Assembly: GCA_046290465.1 (NCBI GenBank)
Contig: JBKAGP010000001.1
Location: 544,001-608,000, forward strand
From: Planctomycetota bacterium
GTDB lineage: Bacteria > Planctomycetota > UBA1135 > UBA2386
Direction: 5' to 3'
Length of the DNA: 64,000 nt
Shown: one piece after another, positions 20,832 to 31,790 of the stretch
How positions within the stretch are numbered: position 1 is the first letter of the stretch
How the letters are laid out: each line of letters begins with the position of its first letter
Made by a program: the position numbers and the translations under genes
Notes under the pieces: generated by a model
Databases searched by the model: none
Told to the model about the DNA's origin: nothing
What the model saw: only the letters and a program-made list of their open reading frames with translations

Positions 20832-21488
20832 ATGTCGGCCGACGCCTCGACCCTGCCCCGCCCGTTTGCGACCCCGCCCGCGTGGGCCCGAGCCCAGCTC
20901 GCCAACGTCGACGAACTGCTGCTCGAGCAGGCGCACCTCGAGAAGAAGGCGGCGGCCGGCGCGGTCGCGTTCCTGTTCCGGGTGCCGCTCGACGCGAAGC
21001 TGCACAAGCAGCTGTCGGCGCTGGCGCGGGAGGAGCTGGTGCACTTCGAGCGCACGCTGAAGCTGCTCGACCAGCGCGGCGTGGCGTTCGAGACCCAAAC
21101 GTCGTCGGGCTACGCCGAGAAGCTCAAGAAGGCGATCCGCCGCGACTACACTGGCCGGCTGTGCGACGAGCTGCTGGTCGCGGCGATCATCGAGCACCGT
21201 TCGCACGAGCGCATGGGGCTGCTGGCGGCGGCGCTGGCCGAGGCGGAGCCGGAGGTGGCGCGGTTCTACGCCGATTTGTGCCCGGCGGAAGAACGGCACG
21301 AACAGTTGTACGTCGATCTGGCCACGTTGGTGGTCGATGCCGACGCCGTCCGCACCAGGTACCGGGAGCTCGCCGAACACGAGGCCCAGGTCCTCCGAAC
21401 CCTGCCGTTCGGCGCCCGCCTGCACGGGGGGCTCCCCAGCGGCTGCAGCGCCGGCAGCTCCGCCGGGGTCGCGGCAGGTGAGGCGTAG
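20832..21488 (+). CDS. miaE: tRNA-(ms2io6A)-hydroxylase
   Basis: AHLEKKAA, LAREELVHFE, IEHRSHER, AEERH di-iron motifs. Confidence 0.85.
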   Translation: MSADASTLPRPFATPPAWARAQLANVDELLLEQAHLEKKAAAGAVAFLFRVPLDAKLHKQLSALAREELVHFERTLKLLDQRGVAFETQTSSGYAEKLKKAIRRDYTGRLCDELLVAAIIEHRSHERMGLLAAALAEAEPEVARFYADLCPAEERHEQLYVDLATLVVDADAVRTRYRELAEHEAQVLRTLPFGARLHGGLPSGCSAGSSAGVAAGEA

Positions 21489-21492
21489 CAGG

Positions 21493-22296
21493 ATGTCCCG
21501 GTGGGCGCGGCGCGCGCTGTTCGCGGTAGCCCTGCTCGGAACCGCGTTCGTGGTCGCGGCCGTGCTGCGCGTGCCGGTGTGCCTGCCGTTCGACTTCGTC
21601 TGGAACCTGGGCCCGGCGGTCACCGCCGACGACCTGCGACCGCCGAACGACGGCAAGGTGCGGGTCGTGTTCCTGCAGCACGGCCTGTGGCGCACGCCGA
21701 TGTCGCTCGACCGGCTCGAGCGTTCGCTCGTCGCCAGCGGCTACGAGGTCGTCAACTGCGGCTACCCGTCGACCGAGGACCGGATCGAAGGGCACGCGCA
21801 GCGGCTGCGCGACGCGGTCGAACGGCGCGTCGCGGCCGGGCGCGTCGACGAGCTGTCGTTCGTCGGGCACTCGATGGGCGGGCTGGTGATCCAGGAGTAC
21901 TTGCGTCGCGACGACGCCCGCGAGCCGAAGGCGTGCGTCTACGTCGCCTCGCCGCATCGCGGCGCGATCCTGGCCGACAAGCGGCACCACTGGTTCGCGT
22001 TCCGGCTGGCGATGGGGGACCTGGCGGCCGGACAGCTGGTCACGAGCGATCCGTTCCACCTGCAGCCGATCCCGTTCGGGGGCCGATCGGGCACGGTCGC
22101 CGGCGACATCGGGCCGGGCAACGGCTCGATCCCGGGCCACGACGACGGCACCGTGGGGGTGGCCGAAGCCACCTTCGCCGGCTGCGCCGATGCGATCACG
22201 GTGCCGTTCGGCCACACCAGCATCGTGATCCGCGAACGGGTGTTGCGGCAGGTGATGGCGTTCTTGCGGGACGGGCGGTTCGCCCGAGGCAGCTGA
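21493..22296 (+). CDS. Alpha/beta hydrolase (lipase/esterase-like)
   Basis: HGL oxyanion motif, GHSMGG nucleophile, DDGTV, GHT. Confidence 0.85.
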   Translation: MSRWARRALFAVALLGTAFVVAAVLRVPVCLPFDFVWNLGPAVTADDLRPPNDGKVRVVFLQHGLWRTPMSLDRLERSLVASGYEVVNCGYPSTEDRIEGHAQRLRDAVERRVAAGRVDELSFVGHSMGGLVIQEYLRRDDAREPKACVYVASPHRGAILADKRHHWFAFRLAMGDLAAGQLVTSDPFHLQPIPFGGRSGTVAGDIGPGNGSIPGHDDGTVGVAEATFAGCADAITVPFGHTSIVIRERVLRQVMAFLRDGRFARGS

Positions 22297-22359
22297 CGTC
22301 GGCGGGGGACCCGTATCGCCCGGCGCCCGGCTCCGGTAGGATCCGCAGCCCTCCCCGCG

Positions 22360-22881
22360 ATGAACAAGTCCCTCCAGACCCTCCTTCTCGGCGCCGGCAT
22401 CGGCGGCGCGTTCCTGCTCGGCCAGCTGTTCCCGCGCGGCGGCGACCCGCGACCGGTCGACGGCCTGACGCTGCACGCTCAGGGCCGCGGCCCGATCAAC
22501 GCCCCGCCGCGCCCGATCGCGCAGCCGACCGAGGCCGACCAGCCGGCGCCGATCGTCTACACCGAGGAAGGCGGCGGCAGTTCGGCCAACAACGGCTTCA
22601 TCGCCGTGACCGGCAGCTACGGCGTCGGCACCTCGGTGCTCTACCTGGTCGACACCAACAACCGCCAGCTGGCGGTCTACGAGGCCCGCGGCGGCAGCGC
22701 CTCGCAGCGGCGGATCACCCTGGTCGGGGCGCGGCGGATCGACCTCGACCTGCAGCTGCCCAGCTACAACGACCGCTCCGAATACGAGTACGACGACCTG
22801 AAGAAGCTGTTCGACAAGCGCGGTAAGAAGGACCGTTCGGTGTCGACGGGGCTGGACGGGAAGTCCGGTTCCGACAAGTAG
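22360..22881 (+). CDS. Hypothetical exported protein
   Basis: N-terminal hydrophobic segment, beta-rich core, strong codon bias. Confidence 0.7.
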   Translation: MNKSLQTLLLGAGIGGAFLLGQLFPRGGDPRPVDGLTLHAQGRGPINAPPRPIAQPTEADQPAPIVYTEEGGGSSANNGFIAVTGSYGVGTSVLYLVDTNNRQLAVYEARGGSASQRRITLVGARRIDLDLQLPSYNDRSEYEYDDLKKLFDKRGKKDRSVSTGLDGKSGSDK

Positions 22882-23048
22882 TGGCTTCCCAACGGCGACG
22901 TTTGCGGTAAGCTCCTGGGGCTGCTCCCTATGGAACAGCCTCCGTTTGCCCATCGGAGCCGCCGGCTTCGGCCGGTCATTCGTCCGAATCAGCTTCCCTT
23001 AGAACCCCTCTCCCAACGCTCGTCCCAACGAGGCAGTGAGGTAACTCT

Positions 23049-23546
23049 GTGTCCCAGTCCGAAGATTTCCTCTCGTTCGAGAAGGCCCTGCGCGAACTGC
23101 AGCTTCGCAGCGAAGAACTGAAGAAGCTCGTCTCCGAGGGTGAGATCCGCGCCTATCGCGACGGCGACTCGATGAAGTTCCGCGCCGAAGACATCGCTTC
23201 GCTGAACTCGCAGAGCGAAGGCGACACCAAGCTGTCGTTCGCCGACTCGCTCGAGGACGACACCGGCATGGTCACCGAGCAGATCTCGGACGAAGACACC
23301 CTGCTGGCCGAAGACGACATCGTCGAAGAGGCTCCGGCCCGCCCTGCTCGCGTCGCCAAGGTGCAGCGCGCGCCGCGCGCCGCCGCCTCGGCCGCGCCGT
23401 CGGACGAGACCCCGGCGTGGGTCACGGCCGTCGCCGTGCTCAGCACCGCGGTGCTGCTCTGGGCCTTCATGATCGGCAACGCTCTGACCGAAGAGAACAG
23501 CCCGGAGGACAGCTTCTTCACGTCGGCGTTCGCCGAGAAGAAGTAG
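23049..23546 (+). CDS. Excisionase-like HTH + acidic linker + TM protein
   Basis: LSFEKALREL...EGEIRAYRDGDSMKFR matches the HTH_17-like pattern. C-terminal TM helix. Confidence 0.75.
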   Translation: MSQSEDFLSFEKALRELQLRSEELKKLVSEGEIRAYRDGDSMKFRAEDIASLNSQSEGDTKLSFADSLEDDTGMVTEQISDEDTLLAEDDIVEEAPARPARVAKVQRAPRAAASAAPSDETPAWVTAVAVLSTAVLLWAFMIGNALTEENSPEDSFFTSAFAEKK

Positions 23547-23734
23547 TCGCCGGACCGCGCTGCGCGCGCGTTCCCGCCGCTGCGCCCGCGGGCGCACCAC
23601 GACGAAGCCACGGATGAGCCCTGCGGGGTCTCTGCCGTGGCTTTTGCATGTCCACTCGGCTACGCTCTCGACGTATTCGCCAGCAGGTCAGTGCTGGCGA
23701 CCGGTCAGCCAGCGAACCCGCGAGGGGGCATTCG

Positions 23735-24391
23735 ATGAAGTACACCATGATGATTGCGGTGCTCTGCTGCGCCGCCGCCTGCGTCAGTCCCGAAGAACAC
23801 CGTCGCCTGCAGGGCGAGAAGGCCGCGCTCAAGGCGCAGATCGCGCAGCTCTCGGAGGACCACCGCCAGCTGGCGTCGCAGGTCGACCGCCTGCGCAACG
23901 AGAACCAGGAACTCGGCGCGCGCGCCGCCGACGCCACCTGGATCGCCGAGCAGAAGAAGAAGCTCGAGGACCTGATGCAGCGCTACGCGCCCGGCGGCAG
24001 CGACCAGGTCAACGGCGTCGAGGTCGTGCAGACGGCGGAAGGCGTCGCGTTCCGCGTCGCCGGCGGCGTGCTGTTCGCGCCCGGCCAGAACGTGCTGTCC
24101 GAGGGCGGCAAGCGCACGCTCGACGAGCTGGTCTCGTCGCTGCAGGATCGCACCATCCGCGTCGAGGGCCACACCGACGACACCCCGATCGTGCGCAGTC
24201 GTTGGGGCACCAACCTGCGGCTGTCGGTCGAGCGCGCGATGAGCGTCGCCGACCACCTGATCGCCCAGGGGCTGCCCGCCGAGCGTGTCAGCGCGGCTGG
24301 CTACGGTCCGAACCGTCCGGCGGTCGAGGGCACCACCGACGAGGCGCGCAAGAAGAACCGTCGCGTCGAGATCCTGCTGATCGAACGCTAG
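23735..24391 (+). CDS. OmpA/MotB-family peptidoglycan-binding lipoprotein
   Basis: AAAC lipobox, coiled coil, VEGHTD, NLRLSVERA, NRRVEI. Confidence 0.88.
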   Translation: MKYTMMIAVLCCAAACVSPEEHRRLQGEKAALKAQIAQLSEDHRQLASQVDRLRNENQELGARAADATWIAEQKKKLEDLMQRYAPGGSDQVNGVEVVQTAEGVAFRVAGGVLFAPGQNVLSEGGKRTLDELVSSLQDRTIRVEGHTDDTPIVRSRWGTNLRLSVERAMSVADHLIAQGLPAERVSAAGYGPNRPAVEGTTDEARKKNRRVEILLIER

Positions 24392-24400
24392 GCTTAGGCG

Positions 24401-25429
24401 GTGCGACGCCGCCTGCCCGTTCTGCTGGCCCTGATGCTGTCGACGGCGTGCGGCTCCGAGTCGGCGTCGAACGGCGAACCCCGCAACCCGATCGCGCGCA
24501 GCGGTCGGTTCGGTTCGCTGCGTGACTTCGTGCTGATCGAGCGCGACGGGGTCGGTGCCGGGCTGTTCGTCGATCGCTTCGAAGCGACCCAGGGCGACTG
24601 GCAGGAGTTCGCGCGCAGCGACGCGGGCCGCGCGGTCGCGGCCGATCGCGTCGCGATCGTCGGCGGCATGGCGCTGCCGGTCGGCGGCATGGACTACGTC
24701 CAGGCCCGCGCCTTCGCGCGCTGGCGCTGCGGTCGGTTGCCGTCCGAGGCCGAGTGGCAGTTCGTCACCGAGGGCGGTGGCCGCAGCCCGTTCCCGTGGG
24801 GGAGCAAGGAGGAGCCGGCGCGCGCCAACACCGGCGACCTGGCGCTCGGCGAGCGCATGCCGGTCGGCACCTTCGAGTCTGGGCGCAAGGCAGGCGGCAA
24901 CGCTCCGTACGACCTGATCGGCAACGTGCGGGAATGGACCGAGACCGTGCCGTTCGACTGGTGCCAGCAGAGCGGCGTCGGCGACCGCAGCTCGTTCCGC
25001 CGCAGCCTGCGGCGCGCCCACGGCATGGCGTGCCTGAGCGTCTGGGGCGACCGCTTCGGCCACCTGCCGGGCGGCATGATCGTCGCGCTCGGCGGTGACG
25101 GCGTGCCGCGCCGCTGCGTCGGCGCCGACTTCGAGACGCCGATGCGCGACGTCTGGGAGCACCAGTTCGACACCCAGGCCGCCGGCGAACGGCGCATGCG
25201 CACCGGGCTGCGCGTCTACACGACGGTCGGCGAATTGCTGGCGCGGCTGGTCGGACTCGAGGGGCAGATCGGCGCGAACGAACGCTCGCAGCTGCGTTCG
25301 TTCGTGCGCCGCGATGGCCACCAGCAGGCGCTGCTCGCCGCCTACCAGGCGTCGCCGCTGCGCGACCTGACGATGCCGGCGGGCACGGCGGGCGACCTGC
25401 TGGTCGAGGAGCTGCAGCGCCAGCCATGA
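24401..25429 (+). CDS. FGE-sulfatase (SUMF1) domain lipoprotein
   Basis: RLPSEAEWQF, FPWG, YDLIGNVREW, TAC lipobox. Confidence 0.82.
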   Translation: MRRRLPVLLALMLSTACGSESASNGEPRNPIARSGRFGSLRDFVLIERDGVGAGLFVDRFEATQGDWQEFARSDAGRAVAADRVAIVGGMALPVGGMDYVQARAFARWRCGRLPSEAEWQFVTEGGGRSPFPWGSKEEPARANTGDLALGERMPVGTFESGRKAGGNAPYDLIGNVREWTETVPFDWCQQSGVGDRSSFRRSLRRAHGMACLSVWGDRFGHLPGGMIVALGGDGVPRRCVGADFETPMRDVWEHQFDTQAAGERRMRTGLRVYTTVGELLARLVGLEGQIGANERSQLRSFVRRDGHQQALLAAYQASPLRDLTMPAGTAGDLLVEELQRQP

Positions 25430-26313
25430 GCCAGGAGCCGCCAGCCGCACGCGACCCGTTCTCGCGCTACCGGGACCAGCTGTCGGCGGTCGGATTCCGT
25501 CCGAGTTCGACCCGTGGGCAGAACTTCCTGCTCGACCCGACCCTGCACCGCTGGATCGCCGAGCAGGCGGGGGCGGGCGAGCGCGACACGGTGGTCGAGA
25601 TCGGCGTCGGCCTGGGCTTCTTGACCCGCGAACTCGCGGTGCGGGCCGGCAAGGTGCTGGCGGTCGAGATCGAGCCGCGCTTGCTCGAGATCGCGCGCCG
25701 CGAGCTCGGCGCGCACGACAACATCGAGTGGCTCGAAGCCGACGCGCTGTCCGGCCCGTCGCGCGGTCTGGTGCCGCGCATCGGCGAGGTCGCCGAACAG
25801 TGCCACGGCCAGCTGATGGTGGTCGCCAACCTGCCGTACTCGGTCTCGGGGCCGCTGCTGGCGGAACTCGCACAGCTCGCTCGCCTGCCGGATCGCACCG
25901 TCGTGCTGGTCCAGAAGGAGCTCGGGCAGCGGCTGGCCGCCAAGGTCACCGACCAGCTCTACGGCGGCCTGAGCGCGCTGGTGCAGAGCCTGTTCGTCGC
26001 CCGGTCGCTGCGCGACGTGTCGCCATCGGTGTTCCGGCCGCGCCCCAAGGTCTGGTCGTCGATCGTCGCCCTCGAGCGGCGCGCCGAGCTGCCCAAGGGC
26101 CTCGAGGACCCCGTGGCAAGGCGCCGTTACGCGCGCTTCCTGCGCAAGCTGTTCGGCCAGCGGCGCAAGGCCCTGCGCACGACGCTGGCGGCGGCGGCGC
26201 GCGAACTCGAGCTGCCGATGCCCGACCTGCCGGCGGAGTTCCTGGCGCAGCGGGCGGAGCAGCTGTCGCCGGACCAGCTGGTGGTCCTGTGGCAGGCCTG
26301 CGAACGGCCGTGA
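25426..26313 (+). CDS. rsmA: 16S rRNA dimethyladenosine transferase
   Basis: GQNFL, EIGVGLG, VANLPY, VFRPRPKV. Confidence 0.93.
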   Translation: MSQEPPAARDPFSRYRDQLSAVGFRPSSTRGQNFLLDPTLHRWIAEQAGAGERDTVVEIGVGLGFLTRELAVRAGKVLAVEIEPRLLEIARRELGAHDNIEWLEADALSGPSRGLVPRIGEVAEQCHGQLMVVANLPYSVSGPLLAELAQLARLPDRTVVLVQKELGQRLAAKVTDQLYGGLSALVQSLFVARSLRDVSPSVFRPRPKVWSSIVALERRAELPKGLEDPVARRRYARFLRKLFGQRRKALRTTLAAAARELELPMPDLPAEFLAQRAEQLSPDQLVVLWQACERP

Positions 26314-26353
26314 ACGCTGCGTCGGCCCGCGCCGGAATCCGCTACCTCTGCGG

Positions 26354-26381
26354 TTGACGTGCAGAAAGGACGTGTTACACT
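26354..26381 (+). promoter_or_regulatory. Sigma70-type promoter for the leader-dnaG-rpoD transcript
   Basis: TTGACG-N16-TACACT with an extended -10 TG (TGTTACACT) in an A/T-richer patch. Confidence 0.7.
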
Positions 26382-26387
26382 TCCGGG

Positions 26388-26720
26388 TTCCACAACGCGC
26401 AACGTCCCCGGTCAAACGAACTCCATGCGGGTCCACGGGGGGGTCGGCAACCACGGTTGCCGGCGCTGCCTCGATAGGCGTTCGCAGTTTGCGGCATGAG
26501 TCCGGTTGGGCTTGGTGTGAGGCGGTTGCAGGTGCCCGGTCGCAGCGCGACCGGCCCGGCGTGTCGCCTCGTCGAGAAGCCCCCGTCACTGCCCGGCTGC
26601 GCCCGGAGTGATGGGGTAGTCTTGAGCACCTGAGTCTCCGCAGCGCGTGGCGGCACGGTCCTGGCAAACGGGTCCGGCTGCGCGTCAGGGAGATCGGGGG
26701 CCGCCTCCTGGCCGGCACGC
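26388..26720 (+). ncRNA. Candidate structured RNA or long 5' leader (family unidentified)
   Basis: At least 9 hand-found helices, several nested, with G-U pairs favouring the + strand. No credible ORF. Confidence 0.5.
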
Positions 26721-26742
26721 AACCTCCCCTTCCCCGATCCGT

Positions 26743-26808
26743 GACTGTTCGCCCCCGGACTGTTCCTCCCCTGACTGTTCATCCGCTGCTGTTCGCCCCC
26801 TGCTGCTC
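26743..26808 (+). repeat. Phased CTGTTC direct repeats (14-15 nt period)
   Basis: GACTGTTC at 26743, 26758 and 26773. TGCTGTTC at 26787. TGCTGCTC at 26801. Confidence 0.8.
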
Positions 26809-26867
26809 CGGCCGATCCGCGTGATCTGCCGGCCGAGACCGAGCCGGCACGCCCCGGCAACCCCCTG

Positions 26868-29018
26868 ATGGACCGCTTCGAAGAAGCCAAGCTGCGCGTC
26901 AAGGAGAGCACCGATCTGGTCGCTCTGATCGAGCAGTACCAGCCGTTGCGCCCGCGCGGGCGCACGCTGGTCGCGCTGTGTCCGTTCCATCCGGAGAACT
27001 CGCCGTCGTTCACGGTGTTCCGCGAGACCCAGCACTTCCGCTGCTTCGGCTGCGGCAAGACCGGCGACGTGTTCACGTGGCTGATGGAGCGCGACGGTCT
27101 GAGCTTCCGCGAGGCGATGGAGACGCTGGCCGAGCGCGCCAGCATCTCGCTCGAGGGCGTCTTCCAGAAGGGCCGCAGCGAAGGCCAGAAGCAGCAGGCG
27201 CGCACCGCCTACGAGGCGCTCGGCCAGGTCGCCGACTTCTTCCACCGCTCGCTGCTGACGCCCGAGGGCCAGCTGGCGCGCGACTACCTCGACGACCGCG
27301 GCCTGTCCGAGGCGATCGTGCCGTGGACACTCGGCTACCATCCAGCCGGCCCGAACGGCCCCGGTCGCGCGCTGCAGGAGTTCGCGCGCGAGCAGAAGCT
27401 GCCGCTCGAGGTGCTCGAGCAGGCCGGCCTGCTGCGCAACGGCCGCGAGATCTACGCCGGCCGCCTGATGTTCCCGATCGTCGACGAACGCGGTCGCACG
27501 GTCGCGTTCGGCGGTCGCCTGGTCCCCGGCGCGCCGGGCAGCGAGCAGCGTCCCGGCAGCGACTACAAGCCGCCGAAGTACCTGAACTCGCCGGAGTCGC
27601 CGTTCTTCAGCAAGCGCCGGGTGCTCTATGGCCTGCGCGCCGCCAAGTCGGCGGGCGAGCGGCGGCTGGTCGTGATGGAGGGCTACACCGACGTCATCGC
27701 CTGCCACCTGTCCGGCTTCCAGGGCGCGGTCGCGTCCCTCGGCACCGCGTTCACGGCCGAGCACGCGCGCATCGTCGAGCGCTACGCCGACCAGGGGGTC
27801 GTGCTGATGTTCGACGGCGACCGCGCTGGCAAGCAGGCCGCCGAGCGTGCCCATCGCGAGCTGATCAACAGCCGTCTGTCGGTGCGCGTCGCGATGGTCA
27901 GCGACGGCAGCGAGGACGCCAAGGACCCGGCCGACGTGGTGCTGGCGCGCCCGGGCGAGGACGAAGAGCTGGTCGCCGAACGGCGGGTGCGGTTCGCGGA
28001 CACCATCGACGGCGCCGAGGACGGCATGACCGTCTGGTTCCGGCTGATGCGCCAGCGTCTCGACTTCTCGCAGCCGGCCGAGTTCGAGAAGGCGGCGCAG
28101 GAGTGCGCGCGGCTGCTCGAGCAGGTCGAGCAACCGGTGCGGCAGGTCGCGATCCTGCGCGAGATGGCGCGCCACCTCGACGTGCCCGAGAACGGCCTGA
28201 AGCGGCTGATGCGCGAGGCGCGGCCGGCGGCACGGCCCGAACCCGAACCGCACTACGACGAGGACGAGGTGCTGCTGCCGGACGTTCCGGACGGTGTTTC
28301 AGCCGCAGGCGGTGCTTCAGCCGCAGGCGGTGCTTCGTCGGTGGGCCGCGGCAAGCCGACGCCGATGCAGCTGGCCGAGGCACAGTTGCTGGCGTGCGTG
28401 CTGTCGCAGCCGGAGCTGCTGGTCGAGCTCGACTTCGACGAGATGCCGCTGCAGGTGCCGGCGATCGGCAAGCTGATGGAGTGGGCGGCCGAAGGCCAGG
28501 CCATCGGCCGGACCACCGGACCCGAGCTGTTCCGCTACCTGTTCTCGCGTTCGTCCGAGCAGCCGTCGCTGCACGCGATGCTGGCGCTGGCGCACGACCG
28601 TGCCGAGAAGATGGTCGACGCCGGCGAGGTGCTGCGCGGCATCCTCGACGGCCGTCGCCGCGTCGCCACCCAGAGCCAGCTGCGCGACCTGCGCGAACAG
28701 CTGTCGCAGGCGATCCGCGCCGGCGACACCGAGACCGCCGCGGAGCTGCAGGCGCGTCTGCTCGAGCTGATGCGACGCGACCGTCCGCGGCCGAACGGCG
28801 ACGACATGAACAAGCCGGCCTCGGCGGGGCCGTCGCGGCCGCTGCCGAGCTTCCTCGACCCGAACCGACCGAAGTCGACGGGCGAGCCGACCAGCGAGCC
28901 GACGGAGTCGCCGCAGTCTCCCCCGCAGGCTCCTCCGCAGGCACCCCCGCAGGCACCCCCGCAGGCCCCCCCGGTGGCAGCGGACGACCACGATGCATCC
29001 ATGGACGAGTCGGCCTGA
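26868..29018 (+). CDS. dnaG: DNA primase
   Basis: CPFH..CFGC zinc finger, KYLNSPES, MEGYTDV, FDGDRAG TOPRIM. Confidence 0.96.
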   Translation: MDRFEEAKLRVKESTDLVALIEQYQPLRPRGRTLVALCPFHPENSPSFTVFRETQHFRCFGCGKTGDVFTWLMERDGLSFREAMETLAERASISLEGVFQKGRSEGQKQQARTAYEALGQVADFFHRSLLTPEGQLARDYLDDRGLSEAIVPWTLGYHPAGPNGPGRALQEFAREQKLPLEVLEQAGLLRNGREIYAGRLMFPIVDERGRTVAFGGRLVPGAPGSEQRPGSDYKPPKYLNSPESPFFSKRRVLYGLRAAKSAGERRLVVMEGYTDVIACHLSGFQGAVASLGTAFTAEHARIVERYADQGVVLMFDGDRAGKQAAERAHRELINSRLSVRVAMVSDGSEDAKDPADVVLARPGEDEELVAERRVRFADTIDGAEDGMTVWFRLMRQRLDFSQPAEFEKAAQECARLLEQVEQPVRQVAILREMARHLDVPENGLKRLMREARPAARPEPEPHYDEDEVLLPDVPDGVSAAGGASAAGGASSVGRGKPTPMQLAEAQLLACVLSQPELLVELDFDEMPLQVPAIGKLMEWAAEGQAIGRTTGPELFRYLFSRSSEQPSLHAMLALAHDRAEKMVDAGEVLRGILDGRRRVATQSQLRDLREQLSQAIRAGDTETAAELQARLLELMRRDRPRPNGDDMNKPASAGPSRPLPSFLDPNRPKSTGEPTSEPTESPQSPPQAPPQAPPQAPPQAPPVAADDHDASMDESA

Positions 29019-29112
29019 CCGCCGCCGTCGTCCACCGACGAACTTCCAGAAACCCGAATGACCCCCCCGCGGGGGATGCCGGCTCCGCGCCGGCTCACCC
29101 CGACCGACACAT

Positions 29113-30825
<1,713 letters not shown>

Positions 30826-31051
30826 TCCGCCGGTGGAGTTGATCCGACGGTGAGGGGCGATCGGCCGGTGGGCTTGATCGACCCCCGCGGTGGGCGCCCG
30901 TTCTCGGCGACGGCGGCGCCCGCCGGCCGCTGGCTGGCCGCTGGGCCGGCCGCGGCGCGGCGCGAAGTTGCGCGCCTGGAGCTTGAGCAGGCCGGGCGCG
31001 CGGCTAGACTGCTCGCCCGCGGATCGCAGGGATCCGTGACCCGCAAACTCC

Positions 31052-31759
31052 GTGCACGAACACGTCCAGAAGCTCCTCGATCTCCAGAAGGTCGACCAAG
31101 AGGTCACCTCGCTCACGAAGGACATCGACCAGCTCCCGGCCGAGGAGGAGAAGCGCAAGCGCCGCCTCGACCAGCTCGAACGGGCGGCGACCGAGGCCGC
31201 CGCGGTCCTGCAGAAGGCCGAGGTCGAATCGCGCAGCGCCGACAGTGCGGCGCGCGCCGCCGACGAGCAGATCAAGAAGCTCAACGAACGCCTCAACGTC
31301 GTGCGCAACAACGCGGAATACCAGGCGACGCTGTTCGAGATCGAGTCGGTGCGCAAGGACCGCGACCAGCTGCAGGACGACGGCCTCAAGCTGCTCGACC
31401 AGATGGACGAGCTGAAGGCGACCGCCGACGCCACCAAGAAGGCCTATGACGAGGAGCGCGCGGTGTTCGACGGCTTCCTCGCCGAGGCCGACAAGATGCG
31501 CTCCGAGCGCGCCGACGAGATCGCCGCCGCGCGCGCGAAGCGGGACGCCGCCGCCGAGGGCGTGCCACCGGACCTGCTGCGCGAGTACGAAGGCCTCTAC
31601 AAGACGCGCGAGCACATGGCGGTCGCGCCGGTCGAGGACTCGTACTGCCTGGGCTGCTACAACAAGATCACGATGAACGACGTCGCCAAGCTGATGGGCG
31701 CGTCCGGAGTCGTCCGCTGCGGCTCCTGCCAACGCATCCTCTACATGGCGCACGCCTGA
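31052..31759 (+). CDS. Coiled-coil C4-type zinc-ribbon protein (DUF164-like)
   Basis: LLDLQKVD start, long coiled coil, [12 protein letters not shown]. Confidence 0.88.
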   Translation: MHEHVQKLLDLQKVDQEVTSLTKDIDQLPAEEEKRKRRLDQLERAATEAAAVLQKAEVESRSADSAARAADEQIKKLNERLNVVRNNAEYQATLFEIESVRKDRDQLQDDGLKLLDQMDELKATADATKKAYDEERAVFDGFLAEADKMRSERADEIAAARAKRDAAAEGVPPDLLREYEGLYKTREHMAVAPVEDSYCLGCYNKITMNDVAKLMGASGVVRCGSCQRILYMAHA

Positions 31760-31790
31760 TCCCGCCCCTGCCTCACGAACGGCCTTCGAG

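Noticed and set aside
26388..26720. tmRNA, RNase P RNA, SRP RNA, or cobalamin/glycine/lysine riboswitch
   Set aside because: Diagnostic motifs (tRNA-like ends, GAGGAAAGUCC, CAGG-GGAAGG-AGCA, AGGGAA box) were not found by eye.
30826..31051. tRNA or tRNA-Sec between rpoD and the zinc-ribbon gene
   Set aside because: No T-loop GTTCRA, CCA end or cloverleaf. Only GC-rich hairpins are present.
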